64,000 bases of DNA from Fibrobacteria bacterium (GTDB lineage Bacteria > Fibrobacterota > Fibrobacteria > UBA11236). Made by a program: the position numbers and the translations under genes. The notes under the pieces were generated by a model. It worked only from the letters and a program-made list of their open reading frames with translations. It had not been told where the DNA came from and made no database searches. The stretch's first letter is position 1. The number at the start of each line of letters is the position of its first letter. This document shows, piece by piece, positions 1 to 9,614 of the stretch. The stretch lies in contig JAYTSD010000006.1 of NCBI GenBank assembly GCA_043745805.1, positions 64,001 through 128,000 of the forward strand, read 5' to 3'.

Positions 1-2
1 TT

Positions 3-707
3 ATTGGCAATGGCCATGTGGTGCATAAAAAAAGTATGTTGCGTTTTTTCGATGGCTTAGCTTGGCTTAGTCAAATTGGAATGTTTTTAACTTTGGGCTT
101 ATTTGTTTTCCCTTCACATTTATGGGAAGTGTTGAGTAGTAGTTTATTGGCTTCGGCGGCATTGATATTTGTGGCGCGGCCACTCAGCGTTTACTTGAGT
201 TTGGCTTTTAGCTCCTTAGGTTGGCGAGAAAAAAGTTTAATTTCTTGGGTGGGTTTGCGTGGTGCTGTGCCGGTGATTTTAGCGACCTTTCCTTTATTAG
301 CCAAATTACCCGAAGCAGAAAAACTTTTTAATATGATATTCTTCATTGTGTTAACGTCTACGTTACTGCAAGGGTGGAGCTTGCCTTATGTGGCAAAAAT
401 ATTGCGTGTTACGGCACCGGTTGAAAAAAAACGTAAATACCCTATGAAATTTGCTCCTCAAGGTGGTTCCGATACCGAGTTGATGGAGTTTTTACTGCCC
501 TTTAATGCGGCCGTAGCGGGTAAACCGGTAGTTTCACTGAATATGCCTGAAGATAGCTTATTAGCATTAATATGTAGATCGGAAAAATTTATTGTGCCCA
601 GTGGCGGAACGATGTTGGAAGACGGCGATACTTTATTGACCTTGGTGAACACAGAAAATTTACCCAAGGTAAAAGAGATTTTTTCCAAATTAAAAGATGC
701 GGGATAG
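3..707 (+). CDS. K+/H+ antiporter, NhaP2/CvrA family, 3' part (5'-truncated by window edge)
   Basis: Frame is open from base 3. Motifs SWVGLRGAVPVILATFP and FFIVLTSTLLQG, plus a C-terminal TrkA-C-like domain (IVPSGGTMLEDGD). Confidence 0.88.
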   Translation: MGNGHVVHKKSMLRFFDGLAWLSQIGMFLTLGLFVFPSHLWEVLSSSLLASAALIFVARPLSVYLSLAFSSLGWREKSLISWVGLRGAVPVILATFPLLAKLPEAEKLFNMIFFIVLTSTLLQGWSLPYVAKILRVTAPVEKKRKYPMKFAPQGGSDTELMEFLLPFNAAVAGKPVVSLNMPEDSLLALICRSEKFIVPSGGTMLEDGDTLLTLVNTENLPKVKEIFSKLKDAG

Positions 708-797
708 TCATTTTCGCAATAAGTTTTAACTTTCCGAATATAGAGTGAAATTGCTTTGTGTATAAAAGGTTATACCCTAAATTTTAAAGGACAATTC

Positions 798-1625
798 ATG
801 CGAATCCTGCTACTTACCTTTTCTTTTTTATTATTGCATTGCGCTTTTTTGCCTAAGCCAGAAATTCAATATCCAGCAAAATTCAATGGCCCCTTAGGTT
901 ATAAAAGTGAAACAGAAAATTTTGTCGCCTACTATTCAGGTGGGAAAATCGATAGTCTCTTGTCCTTGCAAACCATGGACAGCTTGCAACTTCATGCCGA
1001 TTATGAAAGAGGAAAACTAAAAGGCGATCTTATTTTCCAATTTAAAAATGGCGATAAACGATTAACGCATTTTAACAAAATAGGTGAAAAAGATTGGCCC
1101 GAAGAAAGTTGTATAGATAGCACGGGTAAGTCTTTGGAAAAGGTTAAAGAGGAAACCATAAACGAAAAGTCATTCCGTAAAAAATTCAACTATCTGTATA
1201 GTATGCAAACCGTTTCGGAAATAAAAAATAAATCAAAAGAAGGCTGGGAATTAGTCATTGCCCGCAATGGAGATACTTTATGCCGTGAAGAATTTAAAAA
1301 TGGCAAGAAAAAATCCAAAACCGATAGAGGATGTTACCGAGGAATCGAAGAAGTTAATCAAGTCATAAATGAAGGTAAAAAAGCATTAAATGCTTATTAT
1401 GAAAAATTCACATGGGAAAAGAAATTTAATGCCAAGTTAACCTTGCAGTTACTGGTCAATAAAGAAGGTAAAGTGGAAATCATTTATCCCAAAGCATTGT
1501 TTTGTAAAAATGAAATTTTTATTATCGAAGTTTTAAATAAGGTTTCGCAATGGGAGTTTAGAGCGGTGAAATATCCTGCACCACAATACCTTACTTTGCC
1601 TTTGGTATTTCACCAGGAAAAATAA
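798..1625 (+). CDS. Putative lipoprotein with C-terminal TonB-C/AgmX-like domain
   Basis: AAGGA RBS before ATG 798. Signal MRILLLTFSFLLLHC. C-terminus LTLQLLVNKEGKV...VSQWEF...LTLPLVF resembles the TonB C-terminal fold. Confidence 0.5.
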   Translation: MRILLLTFSFLLLHCAFLPKPEIQYPAKFNGPLGYKSETENFVAYYSGGKIDSLLSLQTMDSLQLHADYERGKLKGDLIFQFKNGDKRLTHFNKIGEKDWPEESCIDSTGKSLEKVKEETINEKSFRKKFNYLYSMQTVSEIKNKSKEGWELVIARNGDTLCREEFKNGKKKSKTDRGCYRGIEEVNQVINEGKKALNAYYEKFTWEKKFNAKLTLQLLVNKEGKVEIIYPKALFCKNEIFIIEVLNKVSQWEFRAVKYPAPQYLTLPLVFHQEK

Positions 1626-1803
1626 ATACTCATCAAATAATGATGGTGAGATTTAAAAATTTTCCATCCAGATTAAACATTATTGCATCTGTTTGGCCAT
1701 CTCTTCTTCGTCGCCGTCTGGGATGTGCCATGAGTTGAATTTAAAATATTGTCACATATAAATAAATGTGGCTAATAGCCCTCCCGCAAATAAATTTTTT
1801 TTA

Positions 1804-2439
1804 TTAAAAAGGGGTTTTCCGCATCCAAATTTCCCATTCTCTATCCACAAAATCCCATTCTGGATTTTGGTTTATATCACGAAGATTTTTCAATAACTCA
1901 ATAAAATCATTGTAATAAATAGCCGGAAATTCAAAGTAGGTTAAAAAGTCGACGCCGTGATTTTTTTCTAGGTAACGTGAATGATACAGTTTACGAAATA
2001 TTTTTGAAGCGAAGGGGAGGCCAATAGCAATATGCCCTATTGCTTTAGCGGAGGGCTTTAAATAGGTTAATCGCTCATCCGAAGCCATTGCCCACCAAGC
2101 TGAATTTTTACGAATGGGAATGAGTACCGCATAAGTTTCACTGCTCGATGGATATTCAGGCGTTGAAAGCGATAAAAGTTCTTCCCGTTTGGGTTGGTCG
2201 GTATATTGCAAATGTTGTGCGCAGCCAATGAGATAGGGGCAATCTATTTTTAATTCCGAAGGTAAAAGTGCGCTTGGGGTTTCTAAACGATAAATGTTGC
2301 TTTGGGGATGGGGATAATATTCGGGCTCGCCTTTAATGGAAGATATACTTTCAAAGCGACAAACACTTAGGCGCATGCCCTCTGGTAAATTACTTTGTAA
2401 AGCAAGAGGAAGTTTTTCAAAGAAAAAATAAGTCCACAT
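1804..2439 (-). CDS. Chlorite dismutase family heme protein (short, clade II-like)
   Basis: IPIRKNSAWWAM, GHIAIG (proximal His), FRKLYHS (distal Arg) and DFLTYFE match Cld family motifs. Confidence 0.8.
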   Translation of the reverse strand: MWTYFFFEKLPLALQSNLPEGMRLSVCRFESISSIKGEPEYYPHPQSNIYRLETPSALLPSELKIDCPYLIGCAQHLQYTDQPKREELLSLSTPEYPSSSETYAVLIPIRKNSAWWAMASDERLTYLKPSAKAIGHIAIGLPFASKIFRKLYHSRYLEKNHGVDFLTYFEFPAIYYNDFIELLKNLRDINQNPEWDFVDREWEIWMRKTPF

Positions 2440-2550
2440 AATTTATTCTCGCAAAAAAAGATTCACTATTTTTTATAAGGTAAAAATTTTCCATTCAAAG
2501 TGAGTTGTACTCTATCCCCTTTGGGATCGGAGATAGAGCATGTTCCTTAT

Positions 2551-3879
2551 TTAGAAATTGAATGTCGGCATAAAGTATAGGAACCAACCGGGTTGACTTG
2601 AAAAAGCCTTATTGGTTATCTTAGCTGCCGGAAGCGCTTTAGCCATATCTCCAGGTAGGAATACGGCTGCACCTAAAACAATATTGGATTTGGGATAAAG
2701 ACCAACATGTAACTCTAAGTTAAATTCCTGACCGTATGGATCGTCAAGCCCAGTTGGGGCCGCTTGTGGAGTGAAATAATGATATTGCGGTTTAATCGTA
2801 ACTCGTGGATTACCTGTAGCATTGGGGAAAAGAGCAATGTCAGCATCCAAACGATAGTCAATCACACCGTATTTAGGATTGGTTATAAAATAATCCATCC
2901 AACCATAATAAGCGTGTGCGAAATAATAATTAGCTCTATACGATTTCAGGTCGGAATCGGTTGAGTCATCATCACCACTCATCATATCAACGCCAGCATT
3001 TACTTTGATAGGTCCATTAGCATAACCAATGCGTGTGGCTAATTGAAAAGCAGCGCTGCTTAAATTGTTGTTTTTAACATAGAGTTCGCCACCTTGCCAA
3101 ATAAACTCTTCTTCAAAAGTAATCACACTTACTTTCCCTGCTACACGTTCCCCATAATATTGTAAATCATAATTACTGGAAGTTACACCTGCATAGGTTG
3201 TTCCTAAGCGTGATTGGTCGTAAAATCCATAGACATCACCGGTAATGTCAGGTGTGATTTGATGAGTATAATAAAGACCACTTAAGAGCAATCTATCTTT
3301 GGTTATCACAGCGCTAGTATCTTTTACCAAATATGCAACACCTGTTAAGTTACCTGGGTCCAAATTCAAATTAAAAGATAAACCATCAAATGCTCGGGAG
3401 GTTGGGCTCCATTCTAGTGTGCTTAAGAAGCGACCTGCACCTAAAGACATTTTTTGGCGACCCATAACGGTTTTGAAAATACCTTCTTCAATTGAGAAAT
3501 AACCTTGTAATAAATCCACGCCTTTAGCATTACCAGTAGAGGCTGTGGCTGGGTTCGCAGCAGATGCTGCGGGAGTGGGCTCACTTCCGAAGTTACGTAC
3601 ATCTTGCATTTCCACTTTAACTTCGGTATTCATCGAAGGTGAAGCCAAAAAGCCTATACGCGAACGCATTTGAGTGCTTAAAAAAGGTTTATTAGGGAGA
3701 GTATCTCTTACATCCTTACTATCATATTCCGTACGTAAACGCACTTGACCATAGAAAGGCGGTTGAGGGGTATTATAAGGCGATTCAACGGGAGGCGCTG
3801 CCTGTAAAGTGAAGGTAGCAAGTAGTAACGCCGAAGCTACCTTTCCACAATGAGAAAAATTTTGAAAATAGCTTTTCAT
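2551..3879 (-). CDS. Alginate export family outer-membrane beta-barrel (porin of the nitrate uptake operon)
   Basis: Signal peptide; GQVRLRTE, GRQKMSLGAGRF and RAFDG motifs; terminal Phe; lies downstream of the nitrate ABC genes. Confidence 0.78.
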   Translation of the reverse strand: MKSYFQNFSHCGKVASALLLATFTLQAAPPVESPYNTPQPPFYGQVRLRTEYDSKDVRDTLPNKPFLSTQMRSRIGFLASPSMNTEVKVEMQDVRNFGSEPTPAASAANPATASTGNAKGVDLLQGYFSIEEGIFKTVMGRQKMSLGAGRFLSTLEWSPTSRAFDGLSFNLNLDPGNLTGVAYLVKDTSAVITKDRLLLSGLYYTHQITPDITGDVYGFYDQSRLGTTYAGVTSSNYDLQYYGERVAGKVSVITFEEEFIWQGGELYVKNNNLSSAAFQLATRIGYANGPIKVNAGVDMMSGDDDSTDSDLKSYRANYYFAHAYYGWMDYFITNPKYGVIDYRLDADIALFPNATGNPRVTIKPQYHYFTPQAAPTGLDDPYGQEFNLELHVGLYPKSNIVLGAAVFLPGDMAKALPAAKITNKAFSSQPGWFLYFMPTFNF

Positions 3880-3988
3880 GGCAAATCCTTTGCTGTGGGG
3901 CTTTCCCCGGTGTGTGTATTCTAAATGTTAACTATGGCCACTGCTTTGTGTGCCTGGTATTTTATGACAGTTTTATATGTCCCTAAAA

Positions 3989-4801
3989 CTATGCTGCTTG
4001 ATGCAAATGCGTGCTGATTAAGTAATGCAGGAGCTCCTTTCTTAAGCGTAGATAATCCGGACTTTCCATTACGCTTTCACGTGTACGTGGTCTTGGGATA
4101 TTTACATCCACAATTTCTGCTATGCGTGCTTTAGGCCCATTCGACATTAATACAATGCGGTCGGATAGAAAAACGGCTTCATCGACATCATGTGTGATCA
4201 TAATCACAGTTTTTTTGTTTTTTTCCCAAATAGCGGTTAATTCATCTTGCATAAATCCACGCGTTAAAGCATCGAGCGCGCCGAAGGGTTCATCCAAAAG
4301 CATCACCATGGGATCCGCCGCAAAGGCGCGTGCCAAGCCTACGCGCTGTTTCATACCGCCCGAAAGCTCTCCCGGTTTTTTTTGCGCATGGCCAGAAAGA
4401 TGCACCATATCCACATACTTGCGGGTTTCCTCTAGGCGGAAGGCGCGGTTTTTATCCGCATGCACACTATCCACGGAGGTTTTAACATTATCAAAAACAG
4501 TTAACCAAGGTAAAAGAGAATGAGATTGAAATACCACAGCTCTATCTAAGCCGGGACCCGTAACTTGCTTGTCATTTACGAGAACGGCTCCAGCGCTGGG
4601 CATAGAAAGGCCGGCTACCAAATTAAGCAAAGTACTTTTTCCACATCCTGAATGGCCGATGATGCTGATAAATTCGCCCTTAGCTATTTCCAAATTCACA
4701 TCTTCTAAGGCGTAGTAACGTGAAGCACCGCTTCCGAACCATTGGTGTACGCCTTGCAGGTGTACAAATTTTTGTTCTTTTTCCGAATTAATATTTTCCA
4801 T
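3989..4801 (-). CDS. nrtD: Nitrate ABC transporter ATP-binding subunit (NrtC/NrtD type)
   Basis: Walker A GHSGCGKST, LSGGMKQR, LLDEPFGALDALTR, ITHDVDEA; operon context. Confidence 0.88.
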   Translation of the reverse strand: MENINSEKEQKFVHLQGVHQWFGSGASRYYALEDVNLEIAKGEFISIIGHSGCGKSTLLNLVAGLSMPSAGAVLVNDKQVTGPGLDRAVVFQSHSLLPWLTVFDNVKTSVDSVHADKNRAFRLEETRKYVDMVHLSGHAQKKPGELSGGMKQRVGLARAFAADPMVMLLDEPFGALDALTRGFMQDELTAIWEKNKKTVIMITHDVDEAVFLSDRIVLMSNGPKARIAEIVDVNIPRPRTRESVMESPDYLRLRKELLHYLISTHLHQAA

Positions 4802-4809
4802 ATAATCTC

Positions 4810-5715
4810 CTACGCACTCATCTCAGTACCGAATAAACGAGCAATTCCCGCCATCAAACGATCAAGTGTTAGTCCAACCAGACCAACATATACCACCGAC
4901 ACTATAATATCGCTGAGGCGGGAACTATTCCAAGAATCCCAAATGAAAAATCCAATACCCACACCACCGGTTAACATTTCGGCAGCCACAATAGCGAGCC
5001 AAGCCATACCAATAGCGATGCGCAAGCCGGTGAATATATAAGGCGCAGCCGCAGGGAGAAGGATTTTGAAAAAATAACGAGTGCCTCGGATATTATAAAC
5101 CTTAGCTACATTGTCAAAGTCTTTAGGAATGCGACGTACACCCACCGAAGTATTGATTAATATGGGCCACACTGCGGTTATGAATATCACAAATATGGAA
5201 GAAGGGTTTGCTTGATTAAATATGGCTAAAGAAATAGGCAACCATGCCAATGGGGGTATCGTGCGTAATACTTGGAAAAAAGGATCGAAAGCCTTATAAG
5301 CCATGACTGATTTTCCTAAAATAATTCCAACAATTATGCCTACAAATGCGGCCAAGGAATAACCAATACCCACGCGGGCCAAAGAAGAAAGTAATTGCCA
5401 GCCCAAACCTTTATCATTGGCGCCATTATCAAAAAACGGATGGGCTATATAACCCCAACTTTCGCGAATAGTTTTAACCGGACCGGGTAAGGTTACCCCC
5501 TGGCTTTGGCTATAAATTTCCCAGAACAAACCAATAAAAAATAAAGCGACAAGAGGAAGAATGATGGTTTGCGCCTTTTCACGACGACGCAAGGTTTTTT
5601 CGTCTTCTTCTTTTTCTGCGACACTCTCAAAACCCACATTACTGGAGGATGGCATCGAAGAGGTTCGCTTCGATGTTTCAGAGACTAATTTTGTATCAGA
5701 TGAATTGAGTAACAT
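4810..5715 (-). CDS. nrtB: Nitrate ABC transporter permease
   Basis: PFFDNGANDKGLGWQLLSSL, LRTIPPLAWLP and WLAIVAAEML are typical of NrtB/NtrB. Confidence 0.9.
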   Translation of the reverse strand: MLLNSSDTKLVSETSKRTSSMPSSSNVGFESVAEKEEDEKTLRRREKAQTIILPLVALFFIGLFWEIYSQSQGVTLPGPVKTIRESWGYIAHPFFDNGANDKGLGWQLLSSLARVGIGYSLAAFVGIIVGIILGKSVMAYKAFDPFFQVLRTIPPLAWLPISLAIFNQANPSSIFVIFITAVWPILINTSVGVRRIPKDFDNVAKVYNIRGTRYFFKILLPAAAPYIFTGLRIAIGMAWLAIVAAEMLTGGVGIGFFIWDSWNSSRLSDIIVSVVYVGLVGLTLDRLMAGIARLFGTEMSA

Positions 5716-5732
5716 ATAGCTAACAGTCCTTT

Positions 5733-7043
5733 TTATTTTTTCGCGCCAGTTTTTTTGCCATCAATATTTTTAATTTTTAATTTGGCTAAGTAAGCTTCTG
5801 GATCCTTTGGATCAAAGGTGACACCATCAAAGAAGGTTTCGATACCGCGTGAATCGGATTCGGGAATCATGGCGCTTTGACCAATTTCTTTAGCGCATTC
5901 TTTCCAAATATCGGAGCGATTAACGGCATTCACAACCTTATCATAATCTACGCCATTAGGTAAAAATCCCCAGCGACGGGTTTCCGCTAAAAACCATTTA
6001 TCATGACTCTTGTAAGGAAAGGAAGCATGATCCATCCAATACTTCATGAATTCACCGGTCTTTTTAGGACGGCCATCGCCATAGTCAGTAATTCCTTTGT
6101 TACGGGGTAACAAATCTTCTATATTGCAATTAATCCAATTTTTTTGCGCTAAAATTCTGGACATTTCTTCTTTGTTTTCTGGCTTATCACACCAGATTTG
6201 CGCTTCCATAATGGCCTTCACTATAGCTTTGGTGGCAATGGGATGCGCATCCACCCAATCTTTACGCATGGTGAAAGATTTTTCTGGATGATCTTTCCAA
6301 ATCTCTTGGGTTTGTAAAGCGGTAAATCCAATTTTTTGATTAATTAATTGTTGATTCCAAGGTTCACCTACACAGAAGGCATCCATATTACCTACGCGCA
6401 TATTCGCTACCATTTGTGGAGGTGGAATTACAATAGTGGATACATCCAGATCAGGATCAATACCTGCGGCGGCTAACCAATAACGCACCCAATAATTATG
6501 GGTTCCCGTAGGAAAAGTCATGGCAATTTTAAGTGGTACTTTTTTCTTTTTGCCATTCTCAACATAAGGCTTAAGCGGCGAAGCATCTTTGGTGATCTTT
6601 AAATCCATGTACTTGGAAGCGACGGAGATAGCTTGATTATTATAATTCAAACGACATAATATATACATGGGAATGGGAACATTACCCTTGGTGATCAAGC
6701 CCAAGCTCATGGAATAGGGCATGGGGGTTAAAATATGTGCGCCATCAATGCCACCATTGCCAGAACCCAATTCTAAATTGTCACGCGTAGCACCCCACGA
6801 CGCTTGTTTTAAAACTTCCACATCGGGCATGCCATATTTAGCAAAAAGTTTTTTTTCTTTAGCTATGGCGAGTGGTGCAAAATCGGTAAGCGCGATATAC
6901 CCTAATTTAGCTTTAGTGGTTTCGGGCGTTTGAGCAACAACGGAGGTTGACAAAGAGGTTAATATTACCGTTACCCCTAATAAGGTTTTTAAAAAAGATT
7001 TAGACGGATAAATATATCGAGGTGTTTTTTTCCATAAAGACAT
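5733..7043 (-). CDS. nrtA: CmpA/NrtA family nitrate-binding periplasmic protein
   Basis: Signal peptide; LGYIALTDFAPL, MTFPTGTH, PPPQMVANM and FCVGEPWN; RBS CAGGAG. Confidence 0.9.
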   Translation of the reverse strand: MSLWKKTPRYIYPSKSFLKTLLGVTVILTSLSTSVVAQTPETTKAKLGYIALTDFAPLAIAKEKKLFAKYGMPDVEVLKQASWGATRDNLELGSGNGGIDGAHILTPMPYSMSLGLITKGNVPIPMYILCRLNYNNQAISVASKYMDLKITKDASPLKPYVENGKKKKVPLKIAMTFPTGTHNYWVRYWLAAAGIDPDLDVSTIVIPPPQMVANMRVGNMDAFCVGEPWNQQLINQKIGFTALQTQEIWKDHPEKSFTMRKDWVDAHPIATKAIVKAIMEAQIWCDKPENKEEMSRILAQKNWINCNIEDLLPRNKGITDYGDGRPKKTGEFMKYWMDHASFPYKSHDKWFLAETRRWGFLPNGVDYDKVVNAVNRSDIWKECAKEIGQSAMIPESDSRGIETFFDGVTFDPKDPEAYLAKLKIKNIDGKKTGAKK

Positions 7044-7081
7044 TTGGCATACTCCTGCTCAGACTTAAAAGATGGCATGTA

Positions 7082-7115
7082 CGACCAAAAGCCCGGACGG
7101 ACCGGAATCAGTTGG
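7082..7115 (-). promoter_or_regulatory. Conserved structured 5'-leader element, copy 1 (nrtA leader)
   Basis: Minus-strand CCAACTGATTCCGGTCCGTCCGGGCTTTTGGTCG, 30/34 identical to 14469-14502; lies between the sigma54 promoter and the RBS. Confidence 0.75.
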
Positions 7116-7147
7116 AAAGCGCTCAATTGTGAGCTATCCATGGTTAA

Positions 7148-7163
7148 AGCAAGCGATGTGCCA
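7148..7163 (-). promoter_or_regulatory. sigma54 -24/-12 promoter of the nrtABD operon
   Basis: Minus-strand TGGCACATCGCTTGCT matches TGGCAC-N5-TTGCW. Confidence 0.85.
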
Positions 7164-7383
7164 TTCTATTAAAAAGAATATTTTGCGGCGATTACGTTGT
7201 TTTATTATGACAGAAGATGGTGTGAAAAATAAAATGCCAATAAATGTCAAATTTTTTTGTCAAGACTCTACACTTATTCACACTTATTACAATTATTGTC
7301 AGTCAATAGTAAATGTCGACCTACAGGCCATATAAACAATGGCTTATAGGGCATGACAAAAAATAATTTATTATCAAATGAAT

Positions 7384-8289
7384 TTATTTGTGGTTTTGAA
7401 ATGGTGTAAATTCGGTTTTATGTCCGTCAAGCGTAAAATAATTTTTCTCATCTTTTATTAATACCGCCGACTTTATTCCTAAATCCACCATTTTAATAGG
7501 TGTTTCGCGATGACGATTTTTAAAGGCAGTTTTTAGGGCCGTCGTGCCAGAGGCTAAATCCATAATTTCCCAATTTTTAAAATAAGTTATAGCACCTTCG
7601 GCTTGTAAGCCTAGTGATCCTTTTACCAAAGGAATTTGCGTTCCCGTTGTTCCTGCAATGCGAACCTTAGAGCAGCTCATGGTTACAAAGCTATTCACCT
7701 TAATTTCCAAACTATCGTCCCATACAAATACTTCAATGGAATTCCAGCCACTCACTTCATGTTTCGCATTTTTCACGACATGCAATCGTCCAGTTGCCGC
7801 TCCAACTGTTGCTGCCACACCGCCACTATCCTTCGACACGTAGCGCGTAAGGTCCTTAGCATCGGCGGTAATATTCACCCATGCATTGGTGGTCCACAGG
7901 CTTCCCGCATCTCCGGGCATGGTTTGAATTTCCAATCCATCGGGCCAAACTTTATCTTTAATAATGTGATAGAGTAAGCCGGTATTTCCATTGGCCTTAT
8001 ATTGTAAGCGAGTGCGATAGCGTGTGTATTGAGTTTCCGTAGCAATGTAGCCAGTTACATTATTGTTAATCATTAATTGATTAGAGTCCGGCAAGGGTTT
8101 GAAGTTTATGGAGTCCTTACGGTTTGTGCTGCCAAAGGTATATAAGCCATCTAAATTTTTCCCATTAAAAACTTTAACCCAAGTGGGTTCTGCTTGACTG
8201 GTAGTATAATATCCGCTTGCTAAGAGGAAGAAAACAAAAAATGAAAGCATTTTTTTTGAACGAGAAGTAAAATTCATAAGGTCCTCCAT
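7384..8289 (-). CDS. Secreted DUF1080 / 3-keto-disaccharide hydrolase-like protein
   Basis: Signal peptide; WVKVFNGKNLDG, GNTGLLYH, GLEIQ and GSLGLQAEG...FKN motifs. Confidence 0.75.
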   Translation of the reverse strand: MEDLMNFTSRSKKMLSFFVFFLLASGYYTTSQAEPTWVKVFNGKNLDGLYTFGSTNRKDSINFKPLPDSNQLMINNNVTGYIATETQYTRYRTRLQYKANGNTGLLYHIIKDKVWPDGLEIQTMPGDAGSLWTTNAWVNITADAKDLTRYVSKDSGGVAATVGAATGRLHVVKNAKHEVSGWNSIEVFVWDDSLEIKVNSFVTMSCSKVRIAGTTGTQIPLVKGSLGLQAEGAITYFKNWEIMDLASGTTALKTAFKNRHRETPIKMVDLGIKSAVLIKDEKNYFTLDGHKTEFTPFQNHK

Positions 8290-8431
8290 ATTTTGTTATG
8301 CACCATATTTCCCCAAAATAATGGCAACCGGTAATTAGAGGTAAATGTAAAGCGAAGCGGAATAATTTTCTGGGCGATTTGCAAAAAAAGCTCAGGCAGT
8401 AGCATAAAAACGAAATTGTTTAGTAGGAATA

Positions 8432-9469
8432 TTAAGCTTTGTCTCCTCTATTCTCTAAAGCACTTTGGTATTCGCCTTCATGACAAATAGCAGTAAGGTT
8501 TAAATTTTCCACTTCTTTTTCAGTAACATGACCAAAACGCAACATGGTTTGCAAATACCATTTCGCATGCTTAGGATTGGGATAGGAGGCGCCTTCACCT
8601 GCAAAGCGTAAAAAATTTTGTGGGAAAATTTTGCGTTTTCCACCCGCTTCTAATTCACTATTCAAAGCGTTTTCTAAAAGACTTTGGGAGGTGTTTACAT
8701 AACGCTTTCCCGATAGCAGCGTAGCCGCTTCTTTATGGTTTTCTTTTTTTTGTAACCATTGCGCTGCCGAAAAAAGTGCGCGTAATACGGCAGCATGTGC
8801 TTCTTGATTTTGTTGTAACCAAAAATTTTTTAATCCTAAAACTTTTTCGCCACAAGGAGGAGCGCAATCTTCGCTAACACCTACGATAAATCCTAATTTT
8901 GAAATAGCTGCCCTTTGATTCCAAGGTTCTCCCGCACAAAATCCATCAATGGCTCCCGTGCGTAATTGCCCGACCATTTCTTGCGGAGGTACTACTTTTA
9001 AAACAATATTATCGCCAATTGCCAAACCCGCTTTTGCTAACCATATACGCCATAAATATTCATGTGTGCTGCGCGGAAATACAATCCCTAAGCGCAAAGG
9101 CTCGGAAGCCTTTTCATTTTGCAACCAATGGGCTAAGGATAAAGCATCACTCACTCCGGCATTCCATAAACGGTTGCTCAAAGTAATGGCATTACCATAT
9201 TGACTCAATGTATAAGCGTAACCGCAAGGTTCCGCAGGACCATGATGCCCCAAGCTTATTTGTAAAGGCAATGTGATAAGCATATGAGCGGCTTGAATAT
9301 CATCGTTTAATAAGCGCTGACAAATTTGTCCCCAATTTTGAAACTTGCAAAGCTCCACCGGGATATTTTCTTTTTCAAAAAATCCCAATTCTTTAGCAAT
9401 AACTAATGGGGCGCAGTCCGCAAGCGGAATGAAGCCGATACGAAGAATGGAGGTGGTGGTAAAATTCAT
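8432..9469 (-). CDS. Cytoplasmic NrtA-like nitrate sensor (NasS-like)
   Basis: LRIGFIPLADCAPLVIA, VPPQEMV and FCAGEPWN; no signal peptide; shorter than NrtA. Confidence 0.72.
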   Translation of the reverse strand: MNFTTTSILRIGFIPLADCAPLVIAKELGFFEKENIPVELCKFQNWGQICQRLLNDDIQAAHMLITLPLQISLGHHGPAEPCGYAYTLSQYGNAITLSNRLWNAGVSDALSLAHWLQNEKASEPLRLGIVFPRSTHEYLWRIWLAKAGLAIGDNIVLKVVPPQEMVGQLRTGAIDGFCAGEPWNQRAAISKLGFIVGVSEDCAPPCGEKVLGLKNFWLQQNQEAHAAVLRALFSAAQWLQKKENHKEAATLLSGKRYVNTSQSLLENALNSELEAGGKRKIFPQNFLRFAGEGASYPNPKHAKWYLQTMLRFGHVTEKEVENLNLTAICHEGEYQSALENRGDKA

Positions 9470-9614
9470 ATAAGCTTTAAGTGAGAATTAAAGTAATTCT
9501 TGAACATCAAAATTGTGTAGCTTTTTTTTTAAAACACCGGTAAAATCGTGAAAAGGTTTAAAAAAATCGTTTGTTTAAAAACAAGTGGAAGTATTCAATA
9601 ATCTGGAGCATAAA

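Noticed and set aside
3936-3956. Fourth sigma54 promoter before the porin gene
   Set aside because: GG and GC are 8 nt apart rather than 10.
7072-7335. 87-aa plus-strand ORF
   Set aside because: Overlies the nrtA promoter, leader and enhancer region on the opposite strand; no RBS or recognisable motif.
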